DNA of 64,000 nucleotides from an uncultured Chloroflexia bacterium (GTDB taxonomy: Bacteria; Chloroflexota; Anaerolineae; JAAYZQ01). The notes under the pieces were generated by a model that made no database searches, was not told where the DNA came from, and was given only the letters and a program-made list of their open reading frames with translations. The DNA lies in the NCBI GenBank assembly GCA_963700285.1, contig CAVOXA010000022.1, positions 32,001 through 96,000 of the forward strand. The letters are read 5' to 3'. Of this stretch, positions 40,930 through 50,662 are shown piece after piece. The position numbers and the translations under genes are program-made. Position 1 is the first letter of the stretch. Every line of letters begins with the position of its first letter.

Positions 40930-42168
40930 CTAGTGCCCTGGTGGTGGCCCCTCTGGCACCTCCGGCTCTGGGACAAACAGCGCGATCACGGCCACCGACA
41001 CCGCCGCCAGGGCCGCCAGCATCCAGGCCCCGGCCAGGATCCCGGACAGGTCCACGATCTGGCCCACGATAATCGGAAACAGCGCTGCCCCCAGACCGAT
41101 GGAGGTCAGGAACACGCCGGCCAGGATGCCCGCGTTCCCGGGGTTGACGCCTGGCTGCATCTGTCCCACGCCCATGGAGATGCCCATGACCGGGGCCATG
41201 GTCAGGCCGAACAGAAAGCTCAACAGGGCAGCCAGGGCCACCGACCCGCCTGATACGGGTGCATAGAACGTGGCCATGAAAAAGATCGGCGCCAGGACCG
41301 CGCAGACCAGCATTGTGATTCGGGTCTTGCCTTTGGCAAAGGCCAGCGGCGGCACCACGAACGAGCCCACCGTGCCTCCCACCAGGGCCAGCCCGGCGAT
41401 CACGCCGGCCACGGGAGGCGCCACGCCCTTGGCAATGAGCATGGGCGGCACGACAGCCGGCGCCACGGCCAGCGAGCCCACCGTAGCAAAGACCGTGTAC
41501 TGCAGCGCGCCGCTGGCACGGTTCATCGTCTGGCGGATGCCCTGGCCGATGCTGGCCGGTTCGAAGGGCGGCCGGGGTTCGGGAGGAACCTGCGGCCGTG
41601 GCTTGAGCAGGATCCAGGCCAGGATCGCAATCACGATGGCGATAATGCCATAGGTCAGCCACGTCGCTGGCCAGCCGAAAGCTGCCAGGAAGGGGATGGC
41701 TGTCAGCGAGCCGACGGCCTGGCCGGCCAGAAAACCCACCGGCCACAGGCTATTGGCCAGCCCGATCTCCCTGCCTGGGAACCAGGTGGCCGCTAGGTTG
41801 CCCACAGGGGCAAAAATGATGCCCCAGCCCACGGCGGCGATGACCGTGTACAGCAGAAACAGCCCATATTCGTCCGCCGTGCTGCGCAGCAGGAAGCCCA
41901 GTGCCAGCAGCGTGGCGCCCAAGGCCACCGGTGGTTTGAAACCCACCTTGCCCGAAGCCCAGCCCGTGGGGATCGACAGCAGCATCTGGGCCAGGCCAAA
42001 GACCGAGATCAGCAGGCTAGCCGCGGTGAAGGCGATGGACCAGCGGTGGGCCATCGTGTCCAGCAACGGCGCCGCGGCCAGAAAGCCCATCCCGGCCACA
42101 AAAGTGACCAGCGTAAAGACTGCCAGGTTCACCCAGCGGTAGCCGAATACTTTGTACTCCTTGTCCAT
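40930..42168 (-). CDS. MFS transporter
   Basis: About 12 hydrophobic segments, GWASGKVGFK loop, WFP..E.GLA motif. Confidence 0.9.
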   Translation of the reverse strand: MDKEYKVFGYRWVNLAVFTLVTFVAGMGFLAAAPLLDTMAHRWSIAFTAASLLISVFGLAQMLLSIPTGWASGKVGFKPPVALGATLLALGFLLRSTADEYGLFLLYTVIAAVGWGIIFAPVGNLAATWFPGREIGLANSLWPVGFLAGQAVGSLTAIPFLAAFGWPATWLTYGIIAIVIAILAWILLKPRPQVPPEPRPPFEPASIGQGIRQTMNRASGALQYTVFATVGSLAVAPAVVPPMLIAKGVAPPVAGVIAGLALVGGTVGSFVVPPLAFAKGKTRITMLVCAVLAPIFFMATFYAPVSGGSVALAALLSFLFGLTMAPVMGISMGVGQMQPGVNPGNAGILAGVFLTSIGLGAALFPIIVGQIVDLSGILAGAWMLAALAAVSVAVIALFVPEPEVPEGPPPGH

Positions 42169-42201
42169 GGTACTCCTCTCTCTCCCCCTTCCCTACCATC
42201 T

Positions 42202-42235
42202 AGACCTCGGAGGTTTGGGAAAACCTCCGAGGTCT
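42202..42235. repeat. Palindromic repeat of the AGACYTCSGARGT family
   Basis: AGACCTCGGAGGTTT-GGGA-AAACCTCCGAGGTCT; relatives at 46119, 49090, 54873 and 63816. Confidence 0.7.
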
Positions 42236-42259
42236 GGTTCGTCGAGGGGTCTATCTCGG

Positions 42260-43393
42260 CTAGTACACCCCATAGGTCTTGGTTGTCTGGATCATCTTGT
42301 CCACCAGCTCAAACTTGGAGTCCGCTGTCAGCTCGGCGCTGACGATCAGCCCGCCACCGGCGGCGCAGCCATCGATGATGGTCTTGACGTCTCGCTCCAC
42401 CTCTGCCTCCGTACCCAGGGTAAAGAGCGAGGGCTTCAGGTTGCCGAACAGGCACAGGTGGTCGCCCAGGACCTTTTTGGCCTGGATGATGTCCGTCCGC
42501 TCGTCCAGGTGCAGGTAGCCCGACTTGGCTGGAAGCTCTTTAAAGTACTCGAGCATCGGCGTCCAGTTCGTGTCAAAGTGGTACTGCACCCGAAGCCCGG
42601 CCGCCGCCGCGGCGTGGGCGCAGCGCACCAGGTAGGGCAGGCAGAACTTTTCGAACATCTTGGGCGAGATGAAATCGGCCGAACCGCGCACCGCGCCGAT
42701 GATGATGGTCTTGGCCTGTACCATCTCGGCCAGCCCAAGCCCGGCGGCGATGACGCCGTCGCAGACGACGTCCAGCACCTCCAGCACCTTGTCCGGGTAG
42801 CGGCGCAGGTCCATCATAAAGTTGGTGCTGCCGCGAAGTTGGGACAGGAGCGTGAAGGGGGTGTTCATCGCCCCGTCGATCATGGTCGGTACTTTGTATT
42901 CTTCCCACCATTTGCGCGCGATCTGGGCCGTCTGCGGCAGCGCTTGCCCCAGCAGCCCCAGGTCGGCTGTCCCGGCCCGGCGGAAGCTGAAGAAGCGGTG
43001 CAGACCATCCTTGAGGATCAGGTCATAGTCTTTTTCGGTCATGAGTGGGTCTTCCAGCGCCCGCTCGTTGAGATTGGGGATCTGGTGGGGATCGCGCTCG
43101 CGACCCGGCAGGTACCAGTCGAAATAAAAGGTGGAAAAGATGTCGGGCGTGGGACTCAGGTACATGGCCAGCAGGAAGGCGACCTCGGCCATGTCCAGCC
43201 CGCCGTGCTTTTTGAAGCCATACTCAAAGGCTTCGTCAGCCCGCCAGGGATTCATCAGCATCTCTTCGATGCTCATGTCGATCAGTTGGGCATAGTAGAA
43301 CTCGCCCATGGGGGCGATGCCCACCCGATCGGGCTGCTCCAGGTTGACGTGTTTGTTCACCCGCTCGATTGAGGTCATGGTCTCTGCCATCAT
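42260..43393 (-). CDS. Uroporphyrinogen decarboxylase-fold (MtbA/CmuA-like) methyltransferase
   Basis: PDRV, PFTLLSQLRG...MMDL..YPDKV, ISPKMFEKF, H.D, AKKVLGD.LCL.GNL; next to a corrinoid protein. Confidence 0.85.
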   Translation of the reverse strand: MMAETMTSIERVNKHVNLEQPDRVGIAPMGEFYYAQLIDMSIEEMLMNPWRADEAFEYGFKKHGGLDMAEVAFLLAMYLSPTPDIFSTFYFDWYLPGRERDPHQIPNLNERALEDPLMTEKDYDLILKDGLHRFFSFRRAGTADLGLLGQALPQTAQIARKWWEEYKVPTMIDGAMNTPFTLLSQLRGSTNFMMDLRRYPDKVLEVLDVVCDGVIAAGLGLAEMVQAKTIIIGAVRGSADFISPKMFEKFCLPYLVRCAHAAAAAGLRVQYHFDTNWTPMLEYFKELPAKSGYLHLDERTDIIQAKKVLGDHLCLFGNLKPSLFTLGTEAEVERDVKTIIDGCAAGGGLIVSAELTADSKFELVDKMIQTTKTYGVY

Positions 43394-44034
43394 GCCACCT
43401 CCATGAAGGCCTTGCACATCTGGACGCCCTCGTAGGCGTCGTCCGTGTAGCCGTCGGAGCCTACGATCGTTTGCCAGCGGTCATCCACGGGCAGCCCGCC
43501 CAGGATGACCTTGACCTCGTCGCGCAGCCCGGCTTCTTGTAGCCCCTCGACGGTGCGGATCATGGGGTCCACCGACATGGTCAGGATGCCGGACATGCCG
43601 ACGATGTTGGCCCGGTCGCGCTTGACGGCCTCGATAAAGGCCGCCGGCGACACGTCGATGCCCAGGTCATTGACGGCAAAGCCGGCGTTGCGGGCCAGTG
43701 CCACAAAAATGTTCTTGCCGATGTCGTGCAGGTCGCCTTCTACGGTACCCACCACGATCTTGCCGCATACTTCCCTCTCGCCACCGGTCTCGGCTTCCAG
43801 GGCGGGTTCCAGGATTACCATGGACTGCTTAAAGATGTCGGCGGCAAAGACCAGGTCGGCCAGGTAGTACTCCTGGCTGCTGTACCTGGCCCCTACCAGG
43901 TTCATGCCTTCACTCAGGGCGCCCAGGATGGCCTGCGCGCTTTCCCCGGCATCCAGCAACCCCTGGACTGTCTCCAGGCTCTGCTGCTCCTCCATCTCTA
44001 CCAGTGATTCGGTCAGTGCTTCCAATTTGGTCAT
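43390..44034 (-). CDS. Corrinoid (B12-binding) methyltransferase protein
   Basis: GTVEGDLHDIGKNI (DxHxxG), DLGIDV, VGMS, VILGG; SD GAAAGGAG. Confidence 0.93.
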   Translation of the reverse strand: MTKLEALTESLVEMEEQQSLETVQGLLDAGESAQAILGALSEGMNLVGARYSSQEYYLADLVFAADIFKQSMVILEPALEAETGGEREVCGKIVVGTVEGDLHDIGKNIFVALARNAGFAVNDLGIDVSPAAFIEAVKRDRANIVGMSGILTMSVDPMIRTVEGLQEAGLRDEVKVILGGLPVDDRWQTIVGSDGYTDDAYEGVQMCKAFMEVA

Positions 44035-44239
44035 TGGTGCTTGCTCCTTTCCCAAGTTCCTTTCGCTCTGGCCTGGCCCGCCTTGCCCGTCCACGCGGGA
44101 GCCAGAGCTGCGATCTGGCGGTCCTCGCCCGGCTTGACGGCCAGCATCGGGTCCGCGACCCGATGCGAGCGAAAAAGACTGCCACCCCTGCTCCAGCCAG
44201 GTCTGTGACCTGGCTGCCTCCATGATGCGGCGATACCAG

Positions 44240-44431
44240 CTATGCCTCCGGCGGTCCTCCGGCTCCCGGCGGCGGGCCGGGGGCCACTCCCCAGGCGCCC
44301 ATTAACATAAACATGGCCATTTGGGCGTGTTCCCATCCTTCGCCGAACATCATGCGGGCGGCCAGCTTGCTCCGCTCTGGCGGCGGCATCTGGCCTATGG
44401 CCCGGCCTTTTTCCTTCTCGTTTTCGAGCAT
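44240..44431 (-). CDS. Small hypothetical protein (63 aa)
   Basis: SD AAAGGAG then ATG; co-oriented between marR and the corrinoid gene. Confidence 0.55.
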   Translation of the reverse strand: MLENEKEKGRAIGQMPPPERSKLAARMMFGEGWEHAQMAMFMLMGAWGVAPGPPPGAGGPPEA

Positions 44432-44498
44432 TGTGCAGACTCCTTTTTCCTTGAATCGTCTTGCGACTGGCAGCTCTCTGCGAGACCTGCCCTCCAAC

Positions 44499-44927
44499 TC
44501 ACAGATTCATGTTCCGGTACACCATGCCCAACAGCCGTTTGATCTCTGTCACCTCCTCTTTGGTCATACCCTGGGCGGCCTGGCGCAATCCCAGATCACG
44601 ATGGGGCGTCACCTGCAAAGCCAGGCGACGCCCCTTATCTGTCAATTGTATGCGCTTGAGCCGCGAATCCGCTGGATCTCCGTGGCGGCTGATCAATTCC
44701 GCCGCCTCCATCCTGTTCAACATCCGGGCCAGGGAAGTCTTGTCCATCTGGACCCGGATGGCCATCTCGGCCTGGGTGACGTTTTCCTCCGCGCACAGCG
44801 CGTTGAGCACCCTGAACTGATCGTAGGTGATGTCCATCGACGCCAGTCGCGTCATGAGCCAACGCCGCATCGCCCGGTGGGTCTGTGCCACCAAAAAGCC
44901 AAGATCGTCGTCCAGCCGGAAGGCCAC
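44499..44927 (-). CDS. MarR family transcriptional regulator
   Basis: ITYDQFRVL, TQAEMA...MDK, D..DSR.KRIQLTDKG. Confidence 0.93.
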   Translation of the reverse strand: MAFRLDDDLGFLVAQTHRAMRRWLMTRLASMDITYDQFRVLNALCAEENVTQAEMAIRVQMDKTSLARMLNRMEAAELISRHGDPADSRLKRIQLTDKGRRLALQVTPHRDLGLRQAAQGMTKEEVTEIKRLLGMVYRNMNL

Positions 44928-44963
44928 GCTGCTCCTCCGATGCTATCCACGGCGACAACAGTC

Positions 44964-45020
44964 AGAGATCGTTGCTATAGCAACGATCTCTAGTATACCA
45001 CAAACTGCCTGGGGTGTCAA
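44964..45020 (-). promoter_or_regulatory. marR promoter with a 28-bp palindromic operator
   Basis: TTGACA(45020-45015)-17 nt-TATACT(44997-44992), then the perfect palindrome AGAGATCGTTGCTA|TAGCAACGATCTCT at 44964-44991. Confidence 0.85.
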
Positions 45021-45290
45021 ATGTGCGCTGGCAGAGTAGCGCATTCCAGAAAAGTGGACAGACCTGTCTGGGGATCTTTACGATTCTGGACTGGCGGCTG
45101 GAACGGCCGTGAAGCCTTTGGAAGTGTATCGTTTGCTCAGGGCGCTCTGCACCACAGGAGTTGCCACTGAAATGGACGCTCTACCAAGCGTCTTGGAAGC
45201 TGGTGAGGTACCTGGAATTGGTGGGCAGGATGCCGCCTGAGCCTCTGTGCCCCTGTGGCGAGATGTGGGGGATCGACTGGGAGCAAGGCA

Positions 45291-45319
45291 TTGACAGCCA
45301 GGCATCGGTATGCTAGAAT
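45291..45319 (+). promoter_or_regulatory. Promoter of the TA pair
   Basis: TTGACA-17 nt-TAGAAT with extended -10 TG. Confidence 0.7.
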
Positions 45320-45362
45320 GCTGCTGTCGCTATCCTGGAAAAGGAAGGTGAGACATTTGGAG

Positions 45363-45608
45363 ATGAAAACAATCGAAGCCATGGTCATAGATGACACGCA
45401 CTTGCGACTGCTCCAACCAATTCAATTGCCCAAACTCACCAAGGTTAGACTCCTCGTCACACCGTCGGAGGACGACGAATCCATAGCGTGGCTGTGCGCA
45501 TCGGCCGATGGGCTGAATCGTGCCTATGGCGACGATGAACCAGACTATCCGGCCAGGCTGATCAAAGAACACAACCCCGACTATTCCCCATGGACGAAGG
45601 CGACGTAA
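45363..45608 (+). CDS. Putative antitoxin
   Basis: 81 aa with an acidic C-terminus (RAYGDDEPDY); overlaps the downstream PemK-like gene. Confidence 0.7.
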   Translation: MKTIEAMVIDDTHLRLLQPIQLPKLTKVRLLVTPSEDDESIAWLCASADGLNRAYGDDEPDYPARLIKEHNPDYSPWTKAT

Positions 45609-45934
45609 TCCTAGCTCCCCTTCCTCAGGCCGATGGTCAGGTCAAGAATCGACCAGCCGTGGCATTGCACTGTCTGCCGCCCTTTGGCGACATGTTGGTC
45701 TGCGGCATCAGCACCCAAGTTCATCAATTGGTATCTGGCTTTGACGAGCCGATTACCGGATCTGATGCCGACTTTGGCGCCAGTGGGCTGCTGGCCGACT
45801 CGGTCATCCGACTGGGCTTCCTGGCGATCTTGCCCCGTCAGAGGATCATGGGCAGCATCGGCGCCATCTCAGCCGAGCGATACTGGCGGTTGCTGCGTCG
45901 CCTGAGCGAGTATTTGGTGGAAAAGATCGACTAG
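45590..45934 (+). CDS. PemK/MazF family toxin
   Basis: EGDVIL..LPQADG..K.RPA, VCGIST, SGL..DSVIR, IGAIS. Confidence 0.85.
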   Translation: MDEGDVILAPLPQADGQVKNRPAVALHCLPPFGDMLVCGISTQVHQLVSGFDEPITGSDADFGASGLLADSVIRLGFLAILPRQRIMGSIGAISAERYWRLLRRLSEYLVEKID

Positions 45935-46118
45935 TAGACGAAAGCGGGGCTGGGCGCAGAGTACCCGTGAGGACTGGGGTACAGGGTGCTCTGACTGGGA
46001 TCATTTCCCAAGTACAGCACGCACACCGGTGCCCCCGGCTGCCAACTCCAGTTTCCGGACAATTGCCTGACACAACCGCCAACGAACAGGAGCCCAGATG
46101 GCGGCGACGAAGGCGCCA

Positions 46119-46152
46119 AGTCCTGACAGGTTTCGGAAAACCTGTCAGGACT
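46119..46152. repeat. Palindromic repeat
   Basis: AGTCCTGACAGGTTT-CGGA-AAACCTGTCAGGACT. Confidence 0.7.
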
Positions 46153-46172
46153 TGGCCCTGCCCTGTGTAATG

Positions 46173-48344
46173 CTAGCGCGCGCCAATCGGCAGCACGCCC
46201 TGCTCCGTTCCCGCTCCTAGTGGCGCCGCCTCAGGCCCTGGCTCAAAGCCGCCCAGCCCGACCGCCTCTCCGCCGGCTGCCAGGCTGCTGCGGTAGGTGA
46301 CCTCCAGGACAGCCGCAAACTCGCCCTGCATGTACTGCAGGGTGGCAAAACCGATGACTGCGGGCTGTCCACTTGAGCTTTCGGGCCCGCGCAGCATCAC
46401 GCCCAGGTTGGGGAAACTGCCGTTCACCCAACCTCGTACCAGATCGGTCACATCCATGCTGTACCACTGGAACTGGCCGGTGGTGACCACAACCTGGCCA
46501 TAGCTCCCGGCCTGGCTGGGCTGTGTGTTCCAGGTGACTGTGTTGGTATTCCAGTTGGTCCCGATGCGGTAGGCGGTGATGGTGCGGCTGCTGGGCCCAT
46601 CGTGACAGGTGTGGTTGTGCACCAGATGGAGGGTGGCCTTGTCGATGGTCGCACCCGCGGGGATCGAGGTCAGGTTGAAGCCAAGTAGACTGCGGGCTGT
46701 CTGGTAGTTCCAGCAGACATCGTAGCCCGTCCACATTGACTGTTCCGCGCCAAAGTAGGTGTTGGGGTCGCCCTTCAGGACCGTGGTGTCGGCCCCTGCC
46801 ACAAAACGCAGGGTTGTCTGCCCTGCTCTAGGGCGTCTGATGATGGGAAGCAAGGCCGAATAGGGCGTAACCGGCCCCGGCTCGGTTATCCGGAAGCCAT
46901 TGGGCAAAGTGGCGCTGGCGTCATCACGGTTGATGACCACTACGTCCCACGTGCCCGGAGCAGCCCCTGTCAGATCGAGACGGCACGTGATCTTGGACGC
47001 GCTCACGACCTGCAGGTTGCTTGCCCAGATGTCCGTTTCGCCCTGCTTGCTGAGCCTGACCGAGGCACCGTCCTGAAAGCCGCTGCCGGACAAGTTGGTG
47101 ACCTGGATGGGGCCGGTGTTGGGCCCCGTATTTGGGGTGATGCTGGTGATCGTCGGGCCAACCACTGCCCCGGTCACCGTAAAACCATTGGCCAGCTTGC
47201 CGCTCTTTGTGTCGGGATTGGTGACCACCACGTCCCACTGGCCCGCGGCGGCTCCCGCCAGATTCAGGTTGCAGGTGATCTTGGAGCCACTCACCACCTG
47301 TACGTTGGTGGCCACAATGTCGGACTGGCCCGACTTTTTCAGCTTGACTGTCGCCCCTGCCTGAAAGTTGCTGCCCGCCAGGTTGGTGATTTGGGCCGTA
47401 CCGGTGTTTGCCCCGGTATTGGGCGTGATGCCCGTCACGGTCGGGCCGCCATCCCAGGGGCAGGTTCCGGTAGAGATGGGGTCTATCATGTTCAGTACAA
47501 TGGCATACCCCATGTTGACCCAGCCCAGGCCATCTGGATCATAGGCCGGCGATTGAGCCATGCCGAGGCCAATAAACCCTTCGTCGGCGGGGCTGCCGAC
47601 ATTGTTGTTGAATCCATAGTCGGGATTAGAGAAGCCCAGGGCTTTGTCCTGGAGCAGGGCAGCCTCCCGGTGCCCCCAGGCGCTGCTCGCATCCTTGTAG
47701 ATCCAGTTATAGATGGAACGCTCGAGGACCAGGGGGTAGCTCGTACCGCTTGTCCAGGCGTAGGCCAGGTTTTCGGCGCGGTGCAGAAACTCGTGGCATG
47801 GTCCCAGGACCGGATCGGCGTCGATGCGCTGGAACGGCGTGCGCCCGTCGGCCTCGTGCCCGGTCTTGTTGTTGGCCACCAAATAGTTGGCATAGTACTG
47901 GGCCAGGTTGTCCACGTCGGCCTGGATCGCCGTGAAGGGCAGACCGATCACGCCTGCCTTCATGCCCGCGCGCGCGGTCCGCTCGGCGTTCAGGATAAGC
48001 AGCGCCTTGGCGTCAGCGCTGGTTGCGTCCCAAGCCGCCTGGGATGGCAGGTCCAGGTTGCCCAGAGATCCGGTGCCCAGGCTGAGCTGCTTCTCCTCCT
48101 CCCGCCGGCCATGGTTGAAGGCGGCCTCCACGTCGGTCACGCTGCTGGCGCCCCCGCTCCAAGGGATGTCGGTGTTGAGGTTGGGCGGCGAATCAGCCAT
48201 CACCTGCCCAACGCTGGCCAGGAGCAGGATGGGCGCCAGGATGAGTATCAGGAGGAGGCGGTGGTATCCGCTCCTATCGTCGCTGGTGCTCCGGGTCCGG
48301 TGCTTGAACTTGCGCGAGGGTTCTGACAAACTCAAATACTCCAT
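46173..48344 (-). CDS. Secreted modular protein: CAP-like domain, two IPT/TIG repeats, DNRLRE-like domain
   Basis: Signal peptide; NAER.ARA...H.ADG.TPF.RI...ENLA...WGHR; two PT(V/I)T.ITPN repeats; ADT...RSLL.F.L..IP.GA.I..ATL...W...VTWN.QP. Confidence 0.8.
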   Translation of the reverse strand: MEYLSLSEPSRKFKHRTRSTSDDRSGYHRLLLILILAPILLLASVGQVMADSPPNLNTDIPWSGGASSVTDVEAAFNHGRREEEKQLSLGTGSLGNLDLPSQAAWDATSADAKALLILNAERTARAGMKAGVIGLPFTAIQADVDNLAQYYANYLVANNKTGHEADGRTPFQRIDADPVLGPCHEFLHRAENLAYAWTSGTSYPLVLERSIYNWIYKDASSAWGHREAALLQDKALGFSNPDYGFNNNVGSPADEGFIGLGMAQSPAYDPDGLGWVNMGYAIVLNMIDPISTGTCPWDGGPTVTGITPNTGANTGTAQITNLAGSNFQAGATVKLKKSGQSDIVATNVQVVSGSKITCNLNLAGAAAGQWDVVVTNPDTKSGKLANGFTVTGAVVGPTITSITPNTGPNTGPIQVTNLSGSGFQDGASVRLSKQGETDIWASNLQVVSASKITCRLDLTGAAPGTWDVVVINRDDASATLPNGFRITEPGPVTPYSALLPIIRRPRAGQTTLRFVAGADTTVLKGDPNTYFGAEQSMWTGYDVCWNYQTARSLLGFNLTSIPAGATIDKATLHLVHNHTCHDGPSSRTITAYRIGTNWNTNTVTWNTQPSQAGSYGQVVVTTGQFQWYSMDVTDLVRGWVNGSFPNLGVMLRGPESSSGQPAVIGFATLQYMQGEFAAVLEVTYRSSLAAGGEAVGLGGFEPGPEAAPLGAGTEQGVLPIGAR

Positions 48345-48417
48345 CTCGTGGCCTCCTTCTATGATCCTCTGTGTTCTTTGTGTCTCTGTGGTTCAATACT
48401 ACCCTTCGAGGCAATAC

Positions 48418-49077
48418 CTATGCCCCAACGTCCTCGACCAGCCCACGCCGGATGGCGACGACAGCCGCCTGGGTCCGGTCCGAGACGCCCAGCTTGGCCA
48501 GGATGGCGCTGACATAGTTGCGCACCGTCCCCGGCGCCAGGTATAGCTTGCCCGCGATCTCTGGGTTGCTGTAGCCCTGCACGATCAAGCGCAGGATGTC
48601 CAGCTCCCGGTCGGTAAAGACCTCTGCCGGCCCCCTGAGCGGAGGTTGGTGGGCCGGTGAGGTCGCTGCCTGCTGCATCACCTTGCCCGCTACGGTGGGA
48701 TCCAGGAAGGACTTGCCCTCCATCGTGCCCTTGATGGCCTCGATCAGGTCATCGCGCCGCGTATCCTTTAGCAAATAGCCCGACGCGCCGGCCTCGATGG
48801 CGTCAAAGAGCCAGGCGTCGTCGGCATAGGTGGTCAGGATCAGTACGTATACCCCGGGGTAGTCCTTGCGCAGGCGCCGCATGGCCTGGACGCCGTTCAT
48901 GACCGGCATCTGCAGGTCCATCAGGACTATGTGCGGCCTGGCCTCCGGCATCAGCTCCAGGGCTTCCTGACCATGCCCGGCCAGGCCAGCGACCTCGATC
49001 TCTGGGTCGGTGCTCAGGATTGCAGCCAGCCCTTCACGTACTACCGTTTGGTCGTCGCAGATCAAGACGCGGATCAT
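48418..49077 (-). CDS. NarL/LuxR-family response regulator
   Basis: ICDDQ, VLMDLQMP, LTTY, GYLLKD, C-terminal HTH. Confidence 0.95.
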   Translation of the reverse strand: MIRVLICDDQTVVREGLAAILSTDPEIEVAGLAGHGQEALELMPEARPHIVLMDLQMPVMNGVQAMRRLRKDYPGVYVLILTTYADDAWLFDAIEAGASGYLLKDTRRDDLIEAIKGTMEGKSFLDPTVAGKVMQQAATSPAHQPPLRGPAEVFTDRELDILRLIVQGYSNPEIAGKLYLAPGTVRNYVSAILAKLGVSDRTQAAVVAIRRGLVEDVGA

Positions 49078-49126
49078 ACGCCCACTCCTAGACTTTGGAG
49101 GTTTTCTTGGACCTGCGAGGTCTGGT

Positions 49127-50429
49127 TTAGGAGTTCTGCCCGCTGCACGGCGCCACCAGCGAAACGAGCGCCCCCCGCCCGCGCCGGTCCCCGATCTCCA
49201 GCTTGCCGCCGATCAAGGTGGCCCTTTCTTGCATGCCGCGGATGCCCATGTGCGCCGGGACGACCAATTCCTGGTCCGGGCCAGGTGTGCCCTCCAGCCC
49301 AAGCCCATCATCCATGATCTCTAGCCGTATCTTGCCCTCTTCTTGCGCCAAAGAAACGGTGATGGCGCTGGCCTGCGCGTGTCTCACGACATTCTCCAGC
49401 GCCTCCTGGGCAATGCGATAGACGCCCTGTTCCACGGCCGGCGCCAGGCTGCCATCCAATTGGCGGGGCACGTCCAGCGCCAGCACGGCCCCTGAACGCC
49501 GAGCTGCGGTTTCGGCCAGCTCCTGGAGGGCCAGCGGCAGCCCTAGATCCTGCAGCGGGGAAGCCCGCAAGTCCTGTAGGGCGCGGCGGGCTTCCGTCAG
49601 GCCCAGCCGGGCCGTCTCGTCCGCGCTGTCCAGCATGGTCCGGGCTGCCTCGGGGTCTACCGCCCACAGTGTGCGGATGGCTTCCAGTTGGACGGTCACA
49701 GCGCTGAGCGAATGGGCCAGGGTATCGTGCAGCTCCCGGGCCATGCGGTTGCGCTCGCGGCTGATGGTCAGCTCCTCTACGGTGTCAGCGTACTGCTCGC
49801 AGTTGCACATTGGCTGCCGTCTGCTGTTCGTAGGCCAGGGCCAGGGCCTCGCGCTGTTCCCGCTGCAGCGATACCAGGGCCACGATCACATAGCCGACCA
49901 GGAGCATCATCGCTCCTTGGAGGATCAGCCAGCCGGCATCGATGGTCCAGGGAACGTCCCTTGCCGCGTGGGAGACAATGGCCTGGAACGCAGTCAACCC
50001 CAGTACGTAGGCGATTACCCAGGGGAAGGGGTACTGCCAGGCGATGAGCACCAGCATGCCGAAGAAAAAGATGACAAACGGCGTCTGCAGCGGGTTTTCG
50101 GAGGGCCACCAGTAGTAGCCGACGAGCAAGGGCACCAGGCCCAGCAGCAGCGCCAGCGGCACGAACCACCTGCCCAGGCGGCGGCGTATCTGGGGCACTG
50201 AAAGAAAGGCGAGAAGCAAAAGCTCCAGCACAATGACCGGCGCGACGCTGGGCAGCGTCAGCCTCTCCACCAGGCGGGGCTGGTTGTCTAGCGCCGGAGC
50301 CAGTACGGGCGCTCCGGCCAGGCTGAGTACGGCCAGGATGGGGCCGATGATCACCCAGAAGACGATACAGGTGACGACAAAAAGACGATATGCCTGCAGG
50401 AACCCGGGTTCCATCTCGTTCTGCTTCAT
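49127..50429 (-). CDS. Membrane sensor histidine kinase (HisKA_3), one-base frameshift near 49800
   Basis: Multi-TM N-terminal ORF joins ERNRMARELHDTLAH...QEALEN...DDG ORF after removing one base. Confidence 0.85.
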
Positions 50430-50485
50430 GTTCCCATTATACCACATGCGTCCTAGTGGGACCAAAACTCCGCCAAGACCCAATC

Positions 50486-50518
50486 TGTCATATGACACTT
50501 TTCATGACATCTGTCACT
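50486..50518. promoter_or_regulatory. Repeated TGTCA/TGACA half-sites, candidate response-regulator binding region
   Basis: TGTCA-TA-TGACA and ATGACA-TC-TGTCAC between the divergent kinase and ABC operon. Confidence 0.5.
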
Positions 50519-50662
50519 TGCGCGCCTGACCCTTGGTCGCGTACAGTGGTCCTCGCGCCCAGAGGGAAAGCACAAACCACACCAGTCTTTGAGGCTGGTG
50601 TGGTTTGTATGCGCACCCTGGGCGCGGGACCGTGGAGGCTGGGAGCATTTGAGTATTCGAGC

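Noticed and set aside
45040-45290. Gene remnant between marR and the TA pair
   Set aside because: Short open stretches but no recognisable motif, start or SD
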